Assembly (NCBI GenBank): GCA_030609605.1
Contig: JAUWBY010000001.1
Location: forward strand, 1 to 41,621
Direction: 5' to 3'
DNA: 41,621 nucleotides
Origin: Candidatus Eiseniibacteriota bacterium
GTDB lineage: Bacteria; Joyebacterota; Joyebacteria; Joyebacterales; Joyebacteraceae
Shown one piece after another: positions 1 to 8,704 of the stretch (positions are counted from its first letter, which is position 1; each line of letters begins with the position of its first letter). The position numbers and the translations under genes are program-made. The notes beneath the pieces are model-generated. The model saw only the letters and a list, made by a program, of their open reading frames with translations, had not been told where the DNA came from and did not search any database.

Positions 1-730
1 GTGGTCCTCCGCTGTTGCCGAAGTTGATCGAGGCGTCGGTCTGGATGAAGTCCTGGTAGATAGGCGCGCCTCCATGGATCTGAAGGTCGACTCTCCCCAC
101 GGCGCTCACGACTCCTACTGTGACGGTGCCCTCGAGATCAAGCGGATTCCCGATGGCAATCGCCCAGCTTCCGACCCTTATTCTGTCTGAGTCACCCAGT
201 CTGACGAACGGCAGATCGTCGCCCTCGATTCTGATGACCGCGATGTCTGTGCTCGGGTCCTCTCCCACGACCGCGGCGGAGAACTCCCGCCCATCGTGAA
301 GAGTCACCACGATCTCATCGGCTCCCTTCACAACGTGATTGTTCGTAAGAATGTAGCCGTCGCTATCGAATATGAACCCCGATGCCGATCCCGGGATCTC
401 GTATTCCTGGTACTCCGGCTCCGAACCTCTCCCTGGGGCTTCCCCAAAGAACCTTCGGAACATGTCGTTGAATGGGTCGATGCTCCGCCTGATGGTTCTC
501 TTGGTGTCGACACTGACGACGGCCGGCATCACCTCTTCGGCGACCGCCACGAACGGACTCTCACCGACTGCCGCGACAGCCAGTCCACGCACGTTGCCGT
601 CGCTCAACCCCGATTCCCGTGCATTGGATACCGGCGCCAGATTCGAACTCGTGGTGATGATAATTCCACCGAGCACGCCTACAAGAACAAGAAGAATGCT
701 GCCAATCATCCACCTATTGGAGTCTCTCAC
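1..730 (-). CDS. HtrA/DegP-family (S1C) serine protease, N-terminal part; the gene runs off the left edge of the window
   Basis: Not in the ORF track because it is edge-truncated. The reverse complement of nt 2-19 reads GNSGGP, the catalytic-Ser motif. The upstream translation reads ...AVVSVDTKRT...GSGFIFDSDGYILTNNHVV...STDIAVIRIE...WAIAIGNPL..., with a TM/signal anchor (IGSILLVLVGVLGG) at the N-terminus. A GTG at 730 has GAGGGTGG about 8 nt upstream; the alternative in-frame ATG at 709 has no usable spacing to an SD. Confidence 0.8.
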   Translation of the reverse strand, partial: MRDSNRWMIGSILLVLVGVLGGIIITTSSNLAPVSNARESGLSDGNVRGLAVAAVGESPFVAVAEEVMPAVVSVDTKRTIRRSIDPFNDMFRRFFGEAPGRGSEPEYQEYEIPGSASGFIFDSDGYILTNNHVVKGADEIVVTLHDGREFSAAVVGEDPSTDIAVIRIEGDDLPFVRLGDSDRIRVGSWAIAIGNPLDLEGTVTVGVVSAVGRVDLQIHGGAPIYQDFIQTDASINFGNSGGP

Positions 731-862
731 GCCCTACCACCCTCTTGTGTTACACACCCGATGCCGATTGCCCCACATGTTTCCCCATTGAACAACCATG
801 GACACCAGTCGTTGAAATCACTCGCCGATTCTGGCGAGACGCTACGCGATCTTTCGACGCTC

Positions 863-1270
863 CTAAGATCCCGCCTCGTCCGTCGACCCCTCGTCCGTCG
901 ACCCCGCGTCCGTCGATCCCGTGTCCGTCGATCCCGTGTCCGTCGATTCCGTGTCCGTCGACTCCGCCTCACGGGTCTCCCTGATCTCCGCGATCTCAGC
1001 TCTCAGGCGCTCGAGCTCCTTGCGCTCATCCTTTATCTGTTCGATGACACTCAGGATGCTCGCATCCTCGAGGATGTCGTTCGCCTTCCCGTCATCGTAG
1101 AGCTCGAACACCCTGCTACCGACCTCAGACATGGCATTGGCGATTCTCCGGTTCGTACTCAGGATATCCATTTTTGCACGACCTATCTGAGTCAGCTCCT
1201 CCGCCCTGTCCGCTGCGTAAACATAACCGTCAACGATCGCATTCTTGACATCATCCCAAAACTTCGACAT
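863..1270 (-). CDS. Hypothetical coiled-coil-like protein with a C-terminal (G/E)STD(T/A/E) pentapeptide repeat tail
   Basis: Internal ATG at 1270 (MSKFWDDVKN...) is preceded by GGAGG; the longer ORF back to 1390 has a non-protein-like N-terminus. Good GC3 bias. No family recognised. Confidence 0.55.
   Translation of the reverse strand: MSKFWDDVKNAIVDGYVYAADRAEELTQIGRAKMDILSTNRRIANAMSEVGSRVFELYDDGKANDILEDASILSVIEQIKDERKELERLRAEIAEIRETREAESTDTESTDTGSTDTGSTDAGSTDEGSTDEAGS
875..964. repeat. Six tandem 15-bp units (consensus CGTGTCCGTCGAYCC on the + strand) encoding the STDxG repeats
   Basis: Read directly: units at 875-889, 890-904, 905-919, 920-934, 935-949 and 950-964, with 1-3 substitutions each. 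Confidence 0.9.
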
Positions 1271-1524
1271 ATGTGCGTCCTCCAAACCCCTTGGTTCTTG
1301 CTTGCCGGTCTCACGCCGCCACGCTATGTTTGTGCTTGCAGGCTCTCGAACAGACGGGTTCCGCGTGCGTTTCGATGCGAGGACACCCAAGACGGCTGTT
1401 TGTCCCTGCAGAATCGGATGCGATTTTAGGTATTCGGCTGCCTCTGGTCAAGCGGTTTCGGAAGGTTGGAATCGCGCGAAAGGGCAGCATCACAGACACT
1501 AATGCAACATTTAGGTAAACTGTC

Positions 1525-2319
1525 ATGAGTAGAGCGAGCGCCATGCCACCTTCTCCCCCTCTGACGTCCACCGGGAGTGTCTTCTTCATCGCAGACGCTC
1601 ATCTTGGAGGCGAGGAGAAAATCGTTGATCAGGCCAAGGAAAAGGCCCTTTGCGATCTCTTCAACTACCTCCGTGGGCGGGCCTCCAAGCTCTACCTCAC
1701 CGGCGATCTGTTCGATTTCTGGTTCGAGTTCAGGACCGCAGCGACCCTCGAGCATCTTCCCACTCTGAATGCGCTCTCTGCACTGGCAGAATCCGGCACC
1801 TCCGTTACCTTCCTCGGAGGTAACCACGACTACTGGGCCGGAAGTGAATTCGAACGCCGCACGCACGCCGTCGTCTCGCGGGAGCCGATCATCGTGACGC
1901 ATTTTGGGAGACAGCTCTTCATCGCGCACGGCGATGGACTTCCCGGTGGGGACTGGGGCTACCGGATGCTCAAGACCGTTATCCGGAGCGGGTCCGCGAT
2001 CGCAGCGTTCCGCCTCCTCTCCCCTTCAATTGGCTCGGCGATAGCACGCTGGGCATCGGGCCTCTCGATCGTCGACGAGGCCCGGATAGAGCGCGCCATT
2101 CCGCCGATGAGGCGGTTTCTGTTCGACAAGCTTGATGAGGGATTCGACGCCGCCATAGTCGGGCACGTCCACGCACCGAGACTGTGGGAGCATAACGGTG
2201 GGATCGCCGTCATTATCGGCGACTGGATGATCAATCGTGCCGTTGTCGAACTCGACGCAGGCGGTTTCCACATGCTCCGCTGGGAAGGGGGCGGTCTTGT
2301 GCCGATCGCCTCGCCCTAG
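1525..2319 (+). CDS. lpxH: UDP-2,3-diacylglucosamine hydrolase (LpxH-type calcineurin-like metallophosphoesterase)
   Basis: Metallophosphoesterase motif series in LpxH order and spacing: FFIADAHLG, LTGDLFDFW, LGGNHDYW, IAHGDG, VGHVHAP. Length 264 aa. Confidence 0.7.
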   Translation: MSRASAMPPSPPLTSTGSVFFIADAHLGGEEKIVDQAKEKALCDLFNYLRGRASKLYLTGDLFDFWFEFRTAATLEHLPTLNALSALAESGTSVTFLGGNHDYWAGSEFERRTHAVVSREPIIVTHFGRQLFIAHGDGLPGGDWGYRMLKTVIRSGSAIAAFRLLSPSIGSAIARWASGLSIVDEARIERAIPPMRRFLFDKLDEGFDAAIVGHVHAPRLWEHNGGIAVIIGDWMINRAVVELDAGGFHMLRWEGGGLVPIASP

Positions 2320-3227
2320 AGCAAGAATCCGAGTGAGACACGGTGTGTGTCACCCAAGTCACTGTCGAACGGAACGTACGCATAGTCGACGCGGACACCA
2401 CGAACCTTGGCTCCGAAGCCAACCGAGATGCTCTGGTTGTCCCACCCCGTACGGTAGCCGGCCCTGAGCGCAAACATGCTCGCGTATTCGAACTCGATGC
2501 CGAGGTGGGCCTTCACATCCCCGTCATTCGGCACGACAGCATCACCGCTCACAAGTAGATCCCCATTCAACGCGGGCAGCGGTGCACTGTACGCCGCTCC
2601 CACGCGAAAGAGAACCGGCAGGTCGAACTTCTCCTCGATGAAGCTCATCTGGGGTCCGAGGTTCTGGACGCTCACGCCCGCGCTGAGACCCATCACCATC
2701 GGGAAACGGTAGATGGCCCCGAGATCAGCTGCCACACCACTGGCGACCTCGGTATCTATCTTCTGGTGCAGGTACTTGACTGATCCACCCACGTCAAACG
2801 ACTCGGTCAATCGCCTGGAGTAGTTGCCGGTGAACGCGAAGTCGAAGACGCCGAAATGCCCTATCGGCTCCGATGTGGGCCCTTCTCTTCGCTCGAGATC
2901 ATCCATGTAGAGCCCGACGACGCTCAGACCGAACCCCTGGGAACCATCCGACATCACTGCGCCCACGAACTCGTAGCGGATATCCTGGAACCACTCGGCG
3001 TGCATGACGCCAATGTCTACTCCATCAACCGACACGGTGCCTGCCGGGTTCCAGTAGATTGACGTTGCATCTCCTCCCACGGCTGTGTAGGCATCGCCCA
3101 TCGCGATGGCCCTCGCGCCGACACCCAACTTCAGAAAAGCCAGCCCAGCAGAACCATCCTCGGCAAACGACGATGTCGGCAGTACCAGGCAACTGACCGC
3201 GAACAGAACGACGAGGAAGCGGTTCAT
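2316..3227 (-). CDS. PorV/PorQ-like (UPF0164-type) outer-membrane beta-barrel protein
   Basis: ATG at 3227 (MNRFLVVLFAVSC..., signal peptide) with AGGAGG upstream. N-terminal signature FLKLGVGARAIAMGDAYTAVGGDATSIYWNPAG is typical of PorV-like proteins, followed by an alternating beta-strand pattern. Confidence 0.6.
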   Translation of the reverse strand: MNRFLVVLFAVSCLVLPTSSFAEDGSAGLAFLKLGVGARAIAMGDAYTAVGGDATSIYWNPAGTVSVDGVDIGVMHAEWFQDIRYEFVGAVMSDGSQGFGLSVVGLYMDDLERREGPTSEPIGHFGVFDFAFTGNYSRRLTESFDVGGSVKYLHQKIDTEVASGVAADLGAIYRFPMVMGLSAGVSVQNLGPQMSFIEEKFDLPVLFRVGAAYSAPLPALNGDLLVSGDAVVPNDGDVKAHLGIEFEYASMFALRAGYRTGWDNQSISVGFGAKVRGVRVDYAYVPFDSDLGDTHRVSLGFLL

Positions 3228-3719
3228 GAATTCCTCCTGGGCGCAAAGCCCCACGTGGATTGCTGAGAAAGCAGGCCCGTTCAAGCAAGTGCGCATAGCG
3301 GGCCGCAGCATCGTATGACGACGCTGTAGTCAGTTTACTCAACGCCTTCGCACGACGCAAGGCGCTTCTGTCTCCTGACATCGCCTTCCGCAGTCCTCGG
3401 AGCGATCGGACTTTCTTCCGTCATCCGCAGCCCTTCGGCAGGCGCTGGGACGGGGAAGCTCTGCCCCTATTCAGATCAACCCCGCCCAGCTCCTTGCCCT
3501 GTCTCGCACAAGACACAAGCGCTTGACGGGCTTATGTAACAAGGGACGTGCCAGCCGCAGCCGAAGCCGGAGACAATCGCCGAATCGCTGTCAACTCCCT
3601 GCCGGCAAGGCGATTGCACCCTGGTCCACTGAAGATGCCGGTCACACCGTACCGACCGCGGCGCGGGTGCGTCAACTTCGTGCACAGCTCAGGCCGGCCG
3701 GGTTACCGGCCCATGGAGT

Positions 3720-3748
3720 TTGACCATCCGCTCACCCCGTGCAATAAT
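3720..3748 (+). promoter_or_regulatory. Candidate sigma70-type promoter for the CPBP gene
   Basis: TTGACC (3720-3725), 17-nt spacer, AATAAT (3743-3748). Lies about 38 nt upstream of the ATG at 3786, which has a GGAGG SD. Confidence 0.35.
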
Positions 3749-3785
3749 GCGTAGATTCTCGCTCCCCCCCTTACGGAGGCAGGAC

Positions 3786-4781
3786 ATGACACAAGCGATA
3801 CGAACGGCAGGCGGCGTCTTGGACACCACACCCGGCGTAGCAGGTCAGGGAACCCCACCGGCGCCCCCTCCCCGATTCGGCCCAGTGACGAGTGTCATCC
3901 TCTATCTGGTGGGCTACCTCGTTGCGGGCATCGTGGTCACGGTGTTCATAACCATCCTGCTTGGGGTTCTCTTTGAGATGGGACTGGTCGAACCGCCCTC
4001 GATCGATCTTGCCGCCGCCGGCATGGATCCGGAGAAGATCCTGGAGCTTCTTGGTCCCCTCTTCTTCCCCCTGATAATCCTCGTCGGAGTCTACAGCGTC
4101 GCCTACACGTGGGCGTTCGTACGCCTCTTCGACAGGCGTCCGCTCTCGAGCCTCGGGATCGGAGTCGCTCCCGGTTGGCGTCTCGACTTCGGCAAAGGCA
4201 TCGGTCTGGCGGCGATCCTTCTGGGAGTCGTGTTCCTTATCTCACTCGCTTCAGGTGGTATCGCTGTCGTCGGATTCCAGCGGCCGGCGCCACCCGATCA
4301 GGCTCTGGTCCCTTACCTTCTGATAGCCATCGTCGCGCTCATCTCAGTGGGTGTGTACGAAGAACTGATGTTCCGCGGCTACATACTCCAGAGGCTGAAC
4401 GAGAAGACAGGGCCGCTCGTGGCCGTCATCATCTCATCGCTCATCTTCGCTCTCCTGCACGTAACGAACCCCGGGGCCAATTTTCTCGGTCTCGTCAACA
4501 CGTGGTTCATCGGCGCGCTTCTTTGCTCCCTCTATTTCAGAAGCCGTTCGCTCTGGCTCCCGATAGGATTCCATTTTGGATGGAACTTCCTTCTCGGGTT
4601 CGCCTACTCGCTTCCTGTGAGCGGCCTCCCCTTCCACGGAATCCTCGAGGTCGTCGAGCTGGAGCCGGAGTCACGTCTCGCCGGTGGGATCTACGGTCCC
4701 GAAGGTGGGTTCGCAACGCTCATCGCACTGGCCCTGCTTGGCGCGTGGCTCATCTGGAAACGGACGAAGCCCCGCCGGTAA
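3786..4781 (+). CDS. CPBP family intramembrane glutamic endopeptidase (CAAX protease/Abi-like)
   Basis: Multi-TM protein with the CPBP motifs EELMFRGY, FALLHVTN and HFGWN. Start chosen at ATG 3786 (GGAGG 6 nt upstream); the ORF is open from 3720. Confidence 0.8.
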   Translation: MTQAIRTAGGVLDTTPGVAGQGTPPAPPPRFGPVTSVILYLVGYLVAGIVVTVFITILLGVLFEMGLVEPPSIDLAAAGMDPEKILELLGPLFFPLIILVGVYSVAYTWAFVRLFDRRPLSSLGIGVAPGWRLDFGKGIGLAAILLGVVFLISLASGGIAVVGFQRPAPPDQALVPYLLIAIVALISVGVYEELMFRGYILQRLNEKTGPLVAVIISSLIFALLHVTNPGANFLGLVNTWFIGALLCSLYFRSRSLWLPIGFHFGWNFLLGFAYSLPVSGLPFHGILEVVELEPESRLAGGIYGPEGGFATLIALALLGAWLIWKRTKPRR

Positions 4782-4803
4782 CGGCGAGGCTCCTGATACT
4801 GAA

Positions 4804-4837
4804 ACGGGCAGCTCGGCTGAATCTCGTGGCTGCCCGT
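4804..4837. terminator. Hairpin between convergent genes (possible terminator, no clear U-tract)
   Basis: ACGGGCAGC (4804-4812) pairs with GCTGCCCGT (4829-4837), with a 16-nt loop. Confidence 0.25.
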
Positions 4838-4883
4838 CTCTGCTGCGATGCGATCACAGCACATCGTGTCGCGCGCCGGTCTC

Positions 4884-4914
4884 CTCAGCGGCTGTGCGCA
4901 GCACCACCGCTGAG
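4884..4914. terminator. Hairpin just downstream of the minus-strand gene ending at 4926
   Basis: CTCAGCGG (4884-4891) pairs with CCGCTGAG (4907-4914). Confidence 0.25.
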
Positions 4915-4925
4915 CCCCTCACGCG

Positions 4926-5537
4926 CTATTCAACTACACTGATTATCCCCTTGCAGTCGATGAGATTGGCGAGCTGGCGAATATAGTCGACGTCGTCTTC
5001 CTTGTCACCACTCACGGCGATCAGCGTCGCGCTGCCTGCGAGGATGTTCAGGTCGTAGGTCCCATCACCGAACTGCTCCATGGCATCATACCCGCATGCG
5101 CTGACCTTCTTCATTCCACTCTGTCCGGCCATCGCCGCCATCATCGGATTCGAGATGAACATGTGGTACGTCGCCAGAAGCGGCGAGTTCGCTGCGATCA
5201 TGACCTCGATGCTTGATCCGTTCGGAGGATAGTAGTCCCGGGAGACAACAAGGGTCGCGAAGAAGCCCGCTCCCATGGCCGATGCGTCCAGTCCTTCAGG
5301 ATCCTCGGCCCTCCATCCGGACGGCGCATCGGGAAGGTAGTCTACTATCATGTCGATGAGCTTCTGATTGACCCCGACGAGCGCCGTTTGAAGCTGTGTG
5401 CTTGCTTCCTTGTAGTCCCCACTGCCGTACGCGCTCTGGGCGCCGCCGATGGCGTCTGTGACTTCATCCGCCTGTGCCACCGTGGCCGCGAAGACCAGGA
5501 CCGTCAGTCCAATGATCGCTATCCGGACGAACTTCAT
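4926..5537 (-). CDS. Hypothetical secreted protein
   Basis: ATG at 5537 (MKFVRIAIIGLTVLVFAATVAQA, signal peptide) with AGGAGG upstream. Good GC3. No family recognised. Confidence 0.5.
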   Translation of the reverse strand: MKFVRIAIIGLTVLVFAATVAQADEVTDAIGGAQSAYGSGDYKEASTQLQTALVGVNQKLIDMIVDYLPDAPSGWRAEDPEGLDASAMGAGFFATLVVSRDYYPPNGSSIEVMIAANSPLLATYHMFISNPMMAAMAGQSGMKKVSACGYDAMEQFGDGTYDLNILAGSATLIAVSGDKEDDVDYIRQLANLIDCKGIISVVE

Positions 5538-5567
5538 TGCGGACCTCCTTGTTCTCGATTGTGGCAC

Positions 5568-5975
5568 TCAGCCCGAACTCGCCACGAACACTTGTCGTGT
5601 TCTCGGTCCATCGAACTCACAAAAGAATACACCCTGCCACGTACCCAGCACAAGCTTCCCGTCAACAACCAGTACGGTTTCTGAGCAGCCAAGAAGCGAC
5701 GACTTGATGTGAGCGTCGGAGTTCCCCTCGGCATGACGATAGTCGCCGGCGTGCGGAATCAACTTGCAGAGAGCGAGATCGATGTCTCGCACCACGTCGG
5801 GATCGGCGCTTTCATTGATAGTCACGGCAGCGGTAGTGTGCGGTGTGTACACAGTGACCGTGCCGTCGGTGACGCCGAGATCGCGAACGGCGTCGGCGAC
5901 ATCACCCGTGATGTTGATGAGGCATGTGCGCTTCGCTGTTCGCAGTGAGAAGCTTTCGATCACTGTGCTCTCCAT
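5568..5975 (-). CDS. YjbQ/UPF0047 family protein (secondary thiamine-phosphate synthase-like)
   Basis: Family-typical sequence: INITGDV...GTVTVYTPHTTAAVTINE.ADPDV..D......HAEGNSDAHIKSSLLG.S....V.DGKL.LGTWQG....EFDGPR.R. Confidence 0.8.
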   Translation of the reverse strand: MESTVIESFSLRTAKRTCLINITGDVADAVRDLGVTDGTVTVYTPHTTAAVTINESADPDVVRDIDLALCKLIPHAGDYRHAEGNSDAHIKSSLLGCSETVLVVDGKLVLGTWQGVFFCEFDGPRTRQVFVASSG

Positions 5976-6152
5976 TCGCAGCCGGCAGGCCGCCATCCAC
6001 GCATCGCGGCCTACCAAACGGCATCGTAAGAGATGGGCGACCAACTGTCAACGATGCAACCTCTCCGTAACCCCTTGACGCACAGGCATTCCAGCGGCTA
6101 TAAATGGCTCTACAGTTACACTTGGCAGCAGCAGTTCCGAAGGGAGAAACTC

Positions 6153-6695
6153 GTGATTATCATTCTTGTCCTGATCGTCATCATAACCGCCTGGGTCATC
6201 ATCACGTACAACTCGCTCATCCAGTTCCGGAATCGGATTGAGAACGCCTGGTCGCAGATCGACGTACAGCTCAAGCGGCGAGTGGATCTCATCCCGAATC
6301 TCGTGGAGACCGTCAAGGGCTACGCCGGCCACGAGAAAGAGGTCTTCCAGAAAGTGACCGAAGCCCGCTCGGCGCTCCAGAATGCGAAGACGGTCGGCGC
6401 CAACGCCGAGGCGAACAACATGCTGACCGGAGCTCTCAAGACGCTCTTCGCCGTCGCAGAGGCGTACCCGGAGCTCAAGGCCAACGAGAACTTCATGATG
6501 CTCCAGGAGGAGCTCTCCGGAGTCGAGAGCAAGATCGCGTACTCGAGGCAGTTCTACAATGATACGGTCCTGAAGTACGACAATAGGCGCGAGATGTTCC
6601 CCTCGAACGTCATCGCCGGCATGTTCAACTTCAAGGAGCGGGAGTACTTCGAGATCGAGGAAGCAGAGAAGGGACCGGTCGAGGTCAAGTTCTAG
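6153..6695 (+). CDS. lemA: LemA family protein
   Basis: N-terminal TM helix followed by [42 protein letters not shown] and QFYND.V..YN. Start set at GTG 6153 (GGGAGA upstream), giving a typical 180-aa LemA. Confidence 0.85.
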   Translation: MIIILVLIVIITAWVIITYNSLIQFRNRIENAWSQIDVQLKRRVDLIPNLVETVKGYAGHEKEVFQKVTEARSALQNAKTVGANAEANNMLTGALKTLFAVAEAYPELKANENFMMLQEELSGVESKIAYSRQFYNDTVLKYDNRREMFPSNVIAGMFNFKEREYFEIEEAEKGPVEVKF

Positions 6696-6729
6696 GTCGG
6701 GGACCCTTTTCAGTGATACGGAGGTCGGC

Positions 6730-6903
6730 ATGACGCTCTTCGCTGTTGTGAAGGTAGTTCTTGCGATCGTCTACCTCTTCGCCGGACTTGCGCTCTTCTG
6801 GGGAAGAAGGAGACTGGTCGAGGGCGGTAGCCAGCCCAATCTGGTTATCCCTGCGGTGCTTCTGATACTCGCGTGCATCACGACGCTCTTCCCCCTCTGG
6901 TAG
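6730..6903 (+). CDS. Small (57 aa) two-TM membrane protein, below the ORF-track size cutoff
   Basis: ATG at 6730 preceded by GGAGG. Translation MTLFAVVKVVLAIVYLFAGLALFWGRRRLVEGGSQPNLVIPAVLLILACITTLFPLW. High GC3. Sits exactly between lemA and htpX. Confidence 0.4.
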   Translation: MTLFAVVKVVLAIVYLFAGLALFWGRRRLVEGGSQPNLVIPAVLLILACITTLFPLW

Positions 6904-6909
6904 CGAGAG

Positions 6910-7800
6910 ATGTGGGAGCAGATAAGCAGCAATAAGGTGAAGTCAGGTTTCTTGGTCGGGTTCTTCGTCGTCTTCGTGGTGTTCCTCGGTTGGCTCTTCG
7001 GGAGGACAACCGTCTGGGGCCCTGCGGCGCCCATACTCGCGGCCGTCATCGCAGGCGGTGCGGCATGGGGCAGCTACTACAACAGCGACAGGATGGTTCT
7101 CGCCATCAGCCGGGCCAAGTCCGCTGAGAAGGAGGATCACCCTCATCTCTACCACTCGGTAGAGGGACTGGCCATCGCCGCCGGAATACCTACCCCGAAG
7201 CTCTACATCATAGACGACACGGCCCCCAATGCGTTCGCCACCGGGCGCAACCCCGAGCACGCCGCGATAGCCGTGACGACGGGGCTTCTGCAGAAGCTCA
7301 ACCGCGTCGAACTCGAGGGCGTTATCGGTCACGAGATGTCTCACATCGCGAACTACGATACGCTCCTCATGACACTCACTGTTGTCATGGTCGGCACCGT
7401 TGCACTCGTGAGTGATTGGATGCTGAGAAGCTTCTTGTGGGGTGGACGTAGGAAGAGAAGCTCGTCGGGAGGAGGTCAGATCGGAGTCATCCTTCTCGTT
7501 GTAGCGCTCGTGCTCGCGATTCTCTCACCACTCATCGCGCAGCTCATAAAGCTCGCCATATCGAGAAGACGCGAGTTCCTGGCCGACGCAAACGGCGCGC
7601 TACTGACGCGGTACCCGGAAGGACTGGCGAGCGCACTTGAGAAGATAGCGTCCGACCGGGAGCCATTGGAGGTCGCGAACAAGGCGACCGCCCACCTCTA
7701 CATCTCCAACCCTCTCAAGGGACAGAAGGGCGCCTTCAACAAGCTCTTCTCAACCCACCCTCCGATGGAACAGAGGGTCACGCTACTGAGAGAGATGTAG
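6910..7800 (+). CDS. htpX: M48 family zinc metalloprotease HtpX
   Basis: HEMSH zinc motif (GVIGHEMSHIANYD), TM segments on both sides, and REFLADANGA...THPPMEQR at the C-terminus. Confidence 0.85.
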   Translation: MWEQISSNKVKSGFLVGFFVVFVVFLGWLFGRTTVWGPAAPILAAVIAGGAAWGSYYNSDRMVLAISRAKSAEKEDHPHLYHSVEGLAIAAGIPTPKLYIIDDTAPNAFATGRNPEHAAIAVTTGLLQKLNRVELEGVIGHEMSHIANYDTLLMTLTVVMVGTVALVSDWMLRSFLWGGRRKRSSSGGGQIGVILLVVALVLAILSPLIAQLIKLAISRRREFLADANGALLTRYPEGLASALEKIASDREPLEVANKATAHLYISNPLKGQKGAFNKLFSTHPPMEQRVTLLREM

Positions 7801-7827
7801 CCGCACGCACTTCGGCACACGTCTACG

Positions 7828-8457
7828 CTACCTGTACAGCGATTTGATCAGACCCCAGTGATGCTCCTCGACCGGCGACCAACTGTTGCAGTCCGGAAGC
7901 GGCCCCTCATAATCGCATACGATGCAGTAGTCGCCTGCCTTGATGACGATCGCTCCGTAGTAGATCTGCCACTCCATGGGAGTACCGTACGAAGTGAACG
8001 AGAAAATGCCGGAGCCGTTCGTCATCGGAGTGCAGTCGATGGTCGAACCGGTGTTGTCCCAATACAGGTGCAGTACAGGCATCCAGCAATCCGGATCATC
8101 CATGGCAAGCCCCCCACCCCACACTATGTCGTCCACTGGATCTCCGGAGGTATTGTAGCACTCGCCGTCAGCCTGCGAGTAGCCGTCGTGAACGATGAGG
8201 TAGTTCTGCTGCACGGGATTCTCGGGATCGTAGAAGTCGCAGCCCATCAGGTGCTCGATGCTAAGGTCGATCCGGTCGGGCCTCGCCGCTTCGCCGAAAT
8301 CCCAGGTCAGCGTCATCGTATACGTGTAGGTTCCATCAGTCGTCTCATAGACATCACCGACGGCGCCACAGGCGACGACGGCAAGCGCCGGTACCGCTAG
8401 CCCCGCACCGAGCAAAAGCACGGTCCCTCCGATAATCAATCGCCGGAGCTTCTTCAT
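7828..8457 (-). CDS. Hypothetical secreted Cys-rich protein
   Basis: ATG at 8457 (MKKLRRLIIGGTVLLLGAGLAVPALA, signal peptide). Nine Cys residues. No family recognised. Confidence 0.5.
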   Translation of the reverse strand: MKKLRRLIIGGTVLLLGAGLAVPALAVVACGAVGDVYETTDGTYTYTMTLTWDFGEAARPDRIDLSIEHLMGCDFYDPENPVQQNYLIVHDGYSQADGECYNTSGDPVDDIVWGGGLAMDDPDCWMPVLHLYWDNTGSTIDCTPMTNGSGIFSFTSYGTPMEWQIYYGAIVIKAGDYCIVCDYEGPLPDCNSWSPVEEHHWGLIKSLYR

Positions 8458-8632
8458 GATACACCTCTGGGTTCGAGACAATTGCGTCTGGCCGCATCTC
8501 TCACTACATCAAGCATAGCACAAACACCACCATGTGTCAATATCCGTCACCATGCATTCCTCTTTAGGACAAGGAACACACACTGAGCGGGTCTTGACAC
8601 ACTCATCACCATATCACAATTGTATAGTCTGT

Positions 8633-8648
8633 TGCAAGAATCCTGCCT
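8633..8648 (-). promoter_or_regulatory. Sigma54-like -24/-12 element upstream of the Cys-rich secreted protein gene
   Basis: Minus strand reads AGGCAG-GATTC-TTGCA, with correct GG-N10-GC spacing and two mismatches to TGGCAC-N5-TTGCA. Lies about 175 nt upstream of the ATG at 8457 in a low-GC gap. Confidence 0.3.
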
Positions 8649-8704
8649 GGCAAGAACCCTCGCACGATCGTTGGCCGGTCAGCTACCCCGGCATCGTTCC
8701 CTCA

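Noticed and set aside
296-1429. 377-aa + strand ORF with striking RRP(L/R)VRR repeats
   Set aside because: It is the antisense shadow of the degP-like gene and of the 15-bp repeat read in another frame. The composition is non-protein-like, and both opposite-strand genes have clear motifs or SDs.
4109-4942. 277-aa + strand ORF overlapping the CPBP gene in another frame
   Set aside because: The translation is Arg-rich and non-protein-like. The CPBP frame has the EExxxR/HxxxN motifs.
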